This document shows positions 25,330 through 35,970 of a stretch of DNA of 64,000 nucleotides, piece after piece. The DNA is from Cirrosporium novae-zelandiae (lineage: Eukaryota): contig JAPETS010000014.1 in NCBI GenBank assembly GCA_026023565.1, forward strand, positions 496,001 through 560,000, written 5' to 3'. The notes beneath the pieces were generated by a model that had not been told where the DNA came from, ran no database searches, and saw only the letters and a list, made by a program, of their open reading frames with translations. The position numbers were made by a program, and so were the translations under genes. Position 1 is the stretch's first letter. Every line of letters starts with the position of its first letter.

Positions 25330-26026
25330 ATGACACGCTCAGGGAGCTCCTGTTTCTATACCCGGCCTTCTGTACGGCTAATATGCCAGTTGACGTACGT
25401 TGCATGCTTCTATTTTTTTTTTGAGATTCTGGCTAACATATCGACTATAGACCCTGAATGAACTCGTTGAGATTGGTAAAAAGAAACTGAGTGATGGCTT
25501 TGATGCCTCTCCTCTTACTATCATCGAGACCACCCACATCAAGAGCATCACACATTCATCCCGGCTCCCCATGTCTGGGTTCAATTCACCATTTGTTGGT
25601 TGGACAGTGGACGATGTGTACGAATTTTTCAAGTCGAGTATTCGACAGCCTCCAAACAGCACAGAGGGTGACTGGACCGCCTACACATTCATCATCCTCG
25701 ACCAGCAGTCCATCACAGATAAGACACTCTTGCTCTGCTGCGACGCCCCTGACTTCGGGGAAGCCGGAGAAGAGGTTGTCTTAAAGACGATGAGACTCCC
25801 ATTCACCAAAGGTCTAGGAGAATGGGTGGGCTTAGAGCTGTTGAACAAGACACCAAGCGAAATTGGGAGCAATGAGGTGATGAGGGTAATGCCACCATCC
25901 ACAATGACCAATATTGAATATAACCAAGAGAATATGACAGGCAGAGTCGCTACCCCTGAGATAGCCAGAAGAAATAAGCGACAAGGCATTAAGATGGCAG
26001 AAGAAAAGGGAGAAACGACTCTATAG
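25330..26026 (+). CDS. Hypothetical fungal protein (FIILDxxS motif, reminiscent of DUF6924-type proteins)
   Basis: Exon 25330-25371, intron 25372-25450 (GTACGG...CTAAC...TAG), exon 2 in frame with ORF 25571-26026; about 205 aa. Confidence 0.7.
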
Positions 26027-26249
26027 CAAAGGGGGGGGAAGAGGGAGAGAGAGATAATGACATGGAAGGACAACTGGAGTAATTTGGTGTTGATTTCGGT
26101 TTTTGAAATAATATAGAACTGATATAGACCGTATACCCCCCCATAATAGAGATGTATGACTTGACTGACGCAACTACTTTTGTTATGTTAATAAAACAAA
26201 TCACCGTGCTGTGTTCAATTTCACCGCTTTCTACAATAAACCCACATGA

Positions 26250-27260
26250 GGAGGAGGGAGGTGTGAAAGAACTTGGGGATATTCAACCAAACATGAAAAT
26301 CCCATCTCACACATTCTCGTATTGCCTCTAAAGACCCACACACACACACACGCACGCAGACCCAGATCATGAATTTGTGGAAACAATCAATGCAAAGGGA
26401 ATCGATTTCAGATAGCCACAACAACAACAAAAAAGTATGTTTAAGGGGCTTCTAGAACGGTAGTAATCAGGCAAAGAACTTGGTTCCCTTTTTATTTGTT
26501 AACGGGTCGAAAGTAACTTTGCAGCAAATACGAGAGTAGTTCGATAAAAAGGTTAGGGCTAATTAAAAAGTCGATGTTCGATTAATGAATGGTTCGCCCG
26601 AAGTAGTTGAAAATCACCAACCACCAATCTCTTGGCTGGTTTCGGGTGTGGCAGGTAAGGCTAAGTTCGAGGCGTTCGTTTTTGCGTGTAATGGTATTAT
26701 TACAGTAATATGCATGGTATCATGTATGTAAACAAAACCCTCTACTCAGACCCGACGACTGAAGATATACAGTAATTAGTTAACTACCTGAACCCGATAT
26801 ATAAATCAATAAATCAATAAATCAATAAATCAATAATAAATGTTGGTTGTTGTTGTTATTGTCTTGAAAACCACAGAAACAGTTTTGTTTGAGTTATTTG
26901 ATGCGTGCGGCGACGACTGGTCTGATTATGTGTACTGTAAATGGTATTCGGCGTAAATTTCTGGCCGGCGAGTGGGGGTTATACTTGGCTGATCATAATG
27001 GTAAGGAAGAATTCCCACTAATTAGTCTAGTGAAAAGGTTTGTTTTTTCCCACCGCCGGTGTTCGTCCACCTAAGAGTAGCGTTGCCGCCAGAGTGATTG
27101 TCTTGTTCGTGATGTAATTAATTAAGTAGGTCACGGGTCCTAAAACGCCCATCAGCCATTGGTCTTTCTCACTGACCACCGAAGGAAAAGTAAAAACGAA
27201 ATCTTCGGTTTCGTATTTTGCTTCTTTCTGCACAGTCGTTATACTTTCGAAAGTATACTA
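26250..27260 (+). ncRNA. Candidate large structured non-coding RNA of unknown class
   Basis: More than 12 mutually compatible helices with + strand G-U pairs (coordinates in findings). No long ORF; lies between convergent genes. Structure found by eye only. Confidence 0.5.
26804..26835. repeat. Tandem repeat (AATCAATA)x4
   Basis: Read directly; falls in a predicted unpaired part of the structured block. Confidence 0.85.
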
Positions 27261-27429
27261 AGAAGAATATCCGCATGTACATGAACATGTACGTATATAC
27301 TGAATATTGCCTCTCATTACGTACTTCTTGGAATCGTCTATAGTTGAAAATTTCGTAGCAATAATAGAATGGTATCCATCATCACATTATCCCTCGTATA
27401 AGAAAGAAAACTTCTGCCAACTTCCTTAA

Positions 27430-30400
27430 TTACCATAGTGTCCCCTCGGACATTTTTCCAGAGGCTCTCATTGGAATAGCGTTTTCGCCACGTCTTGCCA
27501 TGATAGCGGCCATGGCAGAGAGGATATGGATATATTCCATGGCAATACCCCACGCCGGAGCCACAGTAGAGAGAATTTTACAGCCCTCTCTCAGTATTCT
27601 CTCTGGTCCTTTGGGAGAACAGATATTCCCAACGTTTGTAATGTAAGCCGTCATCCGACTAGGATGACCATCACGAACAAACACCTGGACCATCTCGTCA
27701 TCGTTAGGTCGATCCAGGCGGATAAATGTAGGGTTATCGCTTGAGTATGAACGATCCGAACCGCGCACTGATGATGACGGCACCGTTATATTAGGCGATA
27801 TTGTAGATGGGGTTGGGGAAGCACTACCGCTCCTATCACCCTCAGATTGCACCCGCGGGCGTATTGATGGGGAACTTAATGATTCAGAGGATGAATAATA
27901 CCCGTATGCCCACAGTGTTAGAGTAGTTAGGAATATTGCAGTAGGCTCGTAAAACCCACGGACACTATATCTGCGCGCATGCCAGAACAAGGCGCCTGCA
28001 TGAAGAGTTGCCAACCGAGCTTTGTGCTGATCACGACGGACCCAATGCAATGCCCCTTGTTCTGCTATAGTTACATGGTCCGGCCGAGCGCCACTCGAGA
28101 AATCCGTTGACTGTGCAACATATTCGGCAAGCGTGTGGAAGTGTGCATAGGGTACAAGAAGCACGATTCTTGCTATATGGAGATGAAAGACTGTTGGATG
28201 CTCGACCCCTGAAGATATCGCGATGGTGCTATTAGCGGCCCAATGAAGAACGTCAAGGCAGTCACAAGCAGCATTTCTCCACTTTGAATAAATAGGAACA
28301 CTCGGAAGCCAGGAAACCTCTTCGTCGTCTCCAACAATGGCCCCGAAAGGGTCTGGATGACGTGTCGAACGATGTGGTCTCTGTGCTGATGGGACCCACG
28401 ATGAAAGGGGACGTCTGAAATATTGCGCTATCTTCCAAGTCTCCTCGAACAACGCATGTACAAGCAAGATCCGACTGAATTCGCCGATGCTTGGTTTTAC
28501 CTTTTTCTCGACATATAGAGTTTGCAACGCAGAAAACATGGAAGGGTTATCTATACATTATCAATACTCAAAAGTCCATGTGACGATGCCTAAGGATGCC
28601 TTACTTTCGAAAATCTTAAGTTCTTGCCTCCATTCAAGGTCTGTCTTGGCTTCCCATATCGTTTCATTGCATGGGAGTTGCACTCGAGAGTCTGGCAAAG
28701 AAAGAGAAGGTTCATGCTGATGCCTGAAGCGGTATGATAGCATGCAATCCAGGAGCTTATATTCAATCAGCTGCAACTCTCAATGTTTTGACAATAATAA
28801 ATTTAGCTTGGTTTCTAATAAACATACATAAACTTACCATAATACAATAAAGTAAGCGCCGGTTTGTCTCCGCTCGTATCCAGCTATCCCAATCGTCCTC
28901 TGGGAGCCTCAGAAGGCTGCATTTTCGAAAATATTCTATCAACTTGCTATGATTGCATCTTGCAATGTTCACATAGTGCTTTGAGCCACAGTAGAGCATC
29001 CCAATTTGATTCAATAGAATAGACTGGGTTAGCCAAGGAGAAGTCTCAAACGAATGTTGCGATTCAGACTATACAAAATCAGAGGCTTGATCAAGCAAAT
29101 AAATTGGCATTGATATATTACATACTTCAAACTGGATAGCACGACGCAGAAACTCCTGCATCGGTAAGACACACCTAGCAATTTCCTCGGAGTCGGTAAA
29201 GCGGCAGCCAATTGAGGCTACGGCGAGAGTGAGTAACCAATGACAGGTATTCGGATCAAAAGTAGAACCATGCAGAAATGGACATATTGGAGCAAAATAT
29301 TCGAAGTAAAGCTGAACGAAAAGACTTAGATGGCTAATCGGAGGGAAGTATTCGGTTGTAAATGCCGGAAAGGCCATATGAGAATCCAGACAATTACCGC
29401 GAAAGCTTTGGTGAATCTTTGTATATGTTGTATATTTAATGATTGCCACATGTTCGATGTTTCGAGCAGGGCCATCAAGTACAAAGGTTTCCAAGTCAGG
29501 AAATCCTAGCCTAGATGGGGCACCTTCCTGTACAGCGTAGAGGACTGGACTAGAAGGCTCTGCGCGATTTACGACGGCAGAAGAGGGTTTAGCCCGCGAC
29601 GTGCAAGGGTCTCTAGCTCCATCAGAGTCCACATAAAGTTGTCCTGTTCGCAAGTTTTCTTGGCCTTCTTCTAGATCGATCTGCTCATCTAAAGATTGGC
29701 ATGTGTTATATTGGGGTTGGCGTGGAGAAGTGATGGAGCCTGAGACGGACTGAGGATCAGCTAGAGTTGAAGCCTCTCTATTTCGATTGGCGCTCAATTG
29801 GGGCGCATAGGGGCTTGGTACTACGGTAGGAATATAGGGAAGTATGGGTTGCAAGCTAGAGTTCGTCCTCGGAATTTCTTGATAGTCGGGAATGTAATCA
29901 GTTGGAAGCCAATTGATGGAAGAAAGGAGATTATCATCGAGAAAACCAGCCCCAAACCCGCTTTCAAAATCTCTCCTATCAATATTTGATGTCTGCCCAT
30001 TCAGTTGATTGCTAGTCGCGCCGTCCAAAATTTGACCATAGCTCTGATTAAATGGTGGTGGAAATGAAGACCTTTCAACCACAGAATTAGTAAAGTTAGA
30101 TGAAGGTTGATAGCGAAGCGCATTTTGCTCTTCGGTGGACGTAACGCCCGCGGGGTTCAGATTCATCAACGATGACTGGCCCGAATCTGTCATGGCTTCT
30201 CCCGAGACAGCGCTGTGGGAGCGGCTAACGGTAGACGCATCTTGACATTGACTTGATGATAGCATCCGCGATGGGTTGGAAGATTGATTTTCTGTTGCGG
30301 CCAACACATTCTTGGTATTGGGATTTATTGTCACCGGCTGATCTTGGGTCGGTTTTGGCATGGTAGAAGACTGGATCCACAATGCAGCGGTTGCGTTCGC

Positions 30401-30924
30401 TGACTTGCCAGCTTCCGTGGGTTCATTACCCTGCCGAGATTGCGGATCTGTGGGCGGGGGTTGGCCTTTTTCATATATTTCATTGATAGTTGTATCGATT
30501 ATTTTATCAACTTTGCTAATCCGCCGCTTCTTTTTTGGATATTCGCAAGCCAATTTCTTCGTCGAACATCGAAGACAAATTTCTCCTCCGGTACATCTTG
30601 CTCGGGCAGCGGCGCAATTAACGCAGGCCCTATTCAATCCTGCTCTAGATCTGTGTGTGGCTGTGGGTGTTGCAACGGAACTATCGACGTCGGCTGTATG
30701 AATGGCTTTGTGTCTTTGGAGAGAGTCGCTTCCTTGCCTTGGTTAACAACGGTAACAAAGTGAGGGAATTGTACAGGCCACCTTCTAGAAAATCTCTTAT
30801 TACAAATCGAGCATGAAAATGGTTTCTCTTCCAAGTGGTTCCGCCGATGTCGTTTCAAGTGTTCAGGCCTTTTGAACGTGGCATTGCAAAGGTCGCAAAC
30901 CAGCCTCTCCCCATCGGACGCCAT
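27430..30924 (-). CDS. Transcription factor with two C2H2 fingers, a Zn(II)2Cys6 cluster and a fungal-specific TF domain
   Basis: [21 protein letters not shown] and [21 protein letters not shown] (split by an intron), [62 protein letters not shown]. Confidence 0.93.
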
Positions 30925-33900
30925 CTGCCGGGTATTGAAGATGGATGAGAAGCTCTCTTCAGGATGGAAGTTGTAGGAAAAAATGGAAGCGTAGGGGGTT
31001 CATAATCCCATCCAAGAAACATGATGATCGAATGCACAAGTATGGGGTATGAAGTATGGGCTGAGAAAAGTCGAGGTGTTAATGAATATGATTATTATTT
31101 GTAGGTTACCTTGTAACTAAGTTCGGCTACTGATGGAGGGCCTTCCAAGACTCCATCGGCTGTCAGAGCCCAAAGGAGAAATGCGAATGCGGGGTCCCCG
31201 TTAATTCTGGTTCTGATCCAAAGGCACGATAGCTACACTTTGAGCTACACTTTAAGGTACCAAGCCTATCTGACCAGAGATGATTGTTGAACTTCCAGTA
31301 TATGTCTATATCAGGTAGGTAATAATTCCTTAGTCTACTCCTATCCATTTTGACGACACTGTAATCTACTTCTCCACAAAGGCAGAGGGATCGATCTACT
31401 GAAGTATGATGGATTCATGAAAAAAAGTGATGTCATATTACAAGCAATGACAGGTGATAAGGCAACAAGCTCCCTAGTTATACTGTATTGTGCTGTGCAT
31501 TTCCTAGAGCATAAGCTGATGGATATTAAAGTTCTAAAATACATAAAGTACAGGACACGAGGGTCATAGGGACATTTTCTGTGGTTATTCGATCCTTGAA
31601 CTAAAGCACCTAAAAAAAAATAGGTAATTAATTACAATACTTAACTGTTTCCTTTGGCTTGCTGAGAGAGAAAGAATATCCGGTGGGCACAGGTAACGCG
31701 GCGCTGAATGTCCGGTGGGCGGAAGGTTTATACCGCATGTGGATACACACGTGCATTCATCCCTCTTTAGTTAGTCTGTTCGGCGAAACATACATTTAGG
31801 GAAAATGTCGGCCTGAGAGGCCTGATTCTAGATTTTGAGATGTATCATGTGTCAGAATACAAAAAGGCAGGAGACCCATTTATTGCGGATCTCAGTAAAT
31901 AATTTTGGATAGAAAATAGGTCACTTCACAATGAAATGCCTCCTAATCCCGTGGTTGAATGAGAGTACTATGTATAGTCTATATCAACGTGCCTTTGTGT
32001 AGAAAGTAAGAGAGGCCTCTCACTGAAATATATAGACTAAGCTCCAAGTCCTTGTCAATGACAGCCTTCTCCGTTCTCCATACTTCCCCTGATTTTCCCA
32101 CACATCTCCACCGCCTTTGAGGGTTATTACCAATTCTACAAAAGCGACGTGTATCAGACCCACAAATTATCATTTCCCCTCGATCTTCCATCTCAGAGCA
32201 CATTTGTTGGGGTACACGTCAACCTGAAAGAGCAACGAACATTGGTTCCTATTCGTTGGGGACAACCTCAAAGAACCTGCTGTTTTCCTGCTCTGGATGT
32301 TTACTATGACTAGTTGGTCCTTGTTCCCAGAGCCTAATGGGACAACCAGCAACCAGGTTCACATGGAAAGACATCGAATACTGTGGGTCTAAGATAACTC
32401 TTCGCTGTATCTCCGTTGACCTTTTATGGATTGCGTTTGACATTTTTGCTACTTTCTCTTCTCGAAATGAAAATCTCCAAATGGCTTGCACACATATAAG
32501 AACATTGCTTTGGCTTTCACATGACCTCTACAAGGTCTCTTACATTTCAACTTTACTTTTACTTAGGTCGAGTGTTGTCTTGGATAGCTCCCTTGCCAGT
32601 TTGAGTCTCAGGCATACTATCAATTAGCTGAGCACACGCGCAGCGAGGTACTCCAGGTACTCCCTATCAAACTTAATCTACTCAGTAATATCTGGAAATG
32701 ATATTTCAAGGAGCTTAGTAGAACTATTCCCGAAGTCGATGCCTTTTGTTTGGAAGCCCTACTAAACATATCATTGTTAGAACCTAATTTCATCGTTCAA
32801 TTTTCCACAAGTGACGGCTAATGAACGGACTACCTCGACATTATGAATTTTAACAATAACATCCCAGGTCAATACGCCGCATGGCAACTAGAGACAATCT
32901 ATAAGCTGATAATTGAATTCTTGGCGACATGTTCAAGTCACAAGGTATTCTCGTACCCAAATTCATCGATATTGTAGCCTTAACGTGGCTGGATATTGTG
33001 CGAATACAATTGATTCAATATTGGTCAAAGATAAACCTAGGATGTCACTGTGAATGGTGAGGCTATGGCAAAAGGATCATTGTAATCAAGATATGGAAAT
33101 TTTCCAAAGAGTTATTTCGGAGAGCTTGGCTGCCCTACTAACCGAGGCATTGTTACACATACCTGGGTAACTACACCGATGGCTCCATCTTGTTAGCCCT
33201 ATCGAATATACGACAGGCAATGACTATGAGTAATAAGACAATTAGCGAACAAGGTTGCTTTGAGTGAGCCACACAAAATGTAAACAGTTATCAAGGTATC
33301 ACAATGGTCAATAATATGTTCCTGATTGCTCAGATAAGCAGGCATTATCATCGGTCAAGAAATTCGAGGGTCCAGTTGACAGACATATTTTCAGCCGTAT
33401 GGCCTTTTTCCCTGTAGATAGTAAAATAGTATTATAGTTTGTATGACGTCCACCCTACCATTTACTCCTATCGAGATGCTTAAAGAGGCGCAGCCTGCTG
33501 AATCAAGCTATTTAACGCCTTAAACTAATTAGTTTATGGAGGAAATGAGCCATCCCACCATCTTTTTTTTTTTCTCTTTTCTTTTAGGGAAATTTCAGCG
33601 GTTAATTACTTAGTAGGTCGCAGGGTTGAATAATATTCATGTCAAATTATGGGGGAAAAATTCCAAGAGAAGCGTGTTCCTTCAGGATTACAAGTCAGGA
33701 ACCTTGAAAGGCAAAAGGTAGTGAGTGTTAGTGGCTACAAGTTAATTGGCTAATTGAAATATTGGACGAGTGTTTGTTTGCATTGTTTGTATCGCAATGT
33801 TCTGCCCGAATATCCGGATTATGAAAGTGAAACAACAAAACCGCCTCAGACACGCACGCAGCCTTCTCGCTTCTACCGAGCTAGCAGACAGTCACTCAAC

Positions 33901-34326
33901 TTTTGGGATCGCACAGTTACAGCAATGCAAATGCGCTTTATGGCGTGGAGGCGTCACAGTAGACCATGTTCGAGAAATTGCTGGCGGAATATTCCACCAA
34001 GGACCCGCAAAATCCTCATTGTATTGAGTTGGCTACCAACTGCTAAGTGGCTTGGACGCCCATGGACGTCCTTTGGGCTGATAGCTCCACCTAGTCTCAG
34101 TACTAGAAATAGATTCATGTCTTCAGATAAAAAGATATCCCTGCTTAGTCGCGTATCCACTCTCCTATAATCTACTTTATATACATATCACAGCTCCTCC
34201 CCCATCATACTTCTACCAGTTCCCATCCCATCAGCAAAAAAAACATTCACTTCTAATTCTTACAGAGATATCCCAGTTCTCCATCTCATCACTAACTCAA
34301 CACATTCCAATCCAATTCCTTTCAAG

Positions 34327-34984
34327 ATGAAGTTCTCAGTTATCGCAATGGGCGCTGCCCTGGCCTCTTCTGCTATGGCCGTTACTGTTACTGCTCCTAA
34401 AGACAATGCTACTTGGGACATTTCTGAAGACAACACCATCAAGTGGACCTCTGTCAGGTTTGTCGCCTTCGCCTTTCCTCTTACTAGTCCTTAGATCTTG
34501 ACTAATTGAATATGTAGCACTGATACCGACACCCTCAAGATCGTGCTCGTTAACATGAACGCAAGTCCTTCAATCTCCAAGGTTATTGCTGCCAATGTTT
34601 CGACTTCTGATGGAAAATACACCATGGATGCGGATTGTTCTTCCGATCTTGATCAGGCGTAAGACTATTGTTCCTTTGTTTAAGTACATGAAATCTGACA
34701 TTTTCATTAGATACGGGTACCAAATTGACCTGAAGAACGCTGCTGGTGGTATTCTCGCCCAGTCCAGTCAATTCAGCATTGATGGAGTTAATTCGACTTC
34801 TTGCTCATCATCTGCCTCTGCCTCTGGCTCTTCATCCGCAACCAAGACGGGATCTTCTGCTTCAGGAACTGCTGCCTCTGCTTCTTCCTCATCAACCTCC
34901 ACTGGTGCTGCTTCCTCTATTCAAATCAATAAGGAATTTGTTGGACTTGGAGCCATGTTCATTGGAGCAGCCGCTCTTCTCTAA
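34327..34984 (+). CDS. Secreted Ser/Thr-rich GPI-anchored cell-wall protein (Kre9/KNH-like N-terminal domain)
   Basis: Signal peptide MKFSVIAMGAALASSAMA, TIKWTSVSTD, ILAQSSQFSI, S/T-rich stalk, GAA omega-site region and hydrophobic tail; two introns. Confidence 0.88.
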
Positions 34985-35415
34985 ACGCCCAAACATGTCT
35001 GGTTGCAGCTGACGACTCACTAAGGTTAATGGAATGGACCTAATGGTGGTGGGAATGCTTTTATATCTCTTGTTTTTAGCGTCATACATTATATAATATG
35101 TGAATAAGTTCAATGAGTAAATATAATATTTACATCATTATGGAACCCATGTTCAAAGTAATTCTGGTCCACGTTGCATGTTTTCCTGTATTTTTCGCAG
35201 TTCCCCTTTTTAGAATAGCTTATTATACTTTACGATAAGTAAGCGGATGTGTTTGAGAAGCTGACGCAGGCACCAGAGTTAGTATGATTGATGTTGATCA
35301 TCTAAGGGTCAGTGCAGTTGAACTATTATGCAAATCGTTAGGGTTGAAGTTTGTTTAGGAAACTTTTGCTCTCCTTGAAATTTCGCTGAGCAATGCAGAG
35401 GTTCGATACACAATG

Positions 35416-35461
35416 GATACCAATAGATACCAATAGATACTACTCGATACCACTCGATACC
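35416..35461. repeat. Degenerate 10-bp tandem repeat (GATACCAATA / GATACCACTC)
   Basis: Five GATAC-anchored units, read directly. Confidence 0.7.
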
Positions 35462-35970
35462 ATGTCCTTGAAAGAATTCAGTCGGACGGAGTGATTAATG
35501 GCCCGGTGGACGCCGATCATCAATTTGGCACAGTGGCTTGTGCAAGGGGACAACCAATAACAATCAGTGATATGTTAAAGTCATCGCTTTGGGGGGATCC
35601 AATCCATAGAAACTACTTCAACAAGTTAAGCGATAATCGGTATCTGTTGATGACTGACCGAACAATATATTTCTAAGATGCCACATTGCATCAACTGTAC
35701 ATACCTTGATTACCTCTCCCTACAGAGTTTATAATGCAAATGATGGTATCCTCTAATACCTTTTGACCTCGTTATTTTTTCCTTTAGGACCAAGAAAAAT
35801 ACTTTGTTGCCCGAAAACCGACTTCAATAAAGCCTTGCCCTTTGACCTTTCACAGTGGCCTTTAGAATCGCATAATTTCTTCATAACTGCCCCGGTATTT
35901 CCAGAAGCTATTAAAAGGCTGAAAACTCGTGAATTTCTCACGGGTTTTGCGCCTACTGAGTTAATCAGCC

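Noticed and set aside
26440..27240. Assignment of the structured block to group I/II intron, RNase P/MRP, U3, H/ACA snoRNA or telomerase RNA
   Set aside because: Only partial look-alikes (CGACGACTG, AAGATATAC, GTGCG, AGAGTGA, ACA at 27232). The diagnostic motif sets, their order, and a TAACCCTAA template were not found, so it is left unclassified.
32050..33400. Pseudogene-like stretch in the long gap between the TF and the GPI protein gene
   Set aside because: All frames are broken, with no recognisable domain or consistent splice pattern.
35338..35346. Telomere-repeat or template-like GTTAGGGTT (also CTAGGGTTA near 56435 and GGTTAGGG at 26551)
   Set aside because: Isolated 8-9-mers expected by chance, without a tandem array or supporting core structure.
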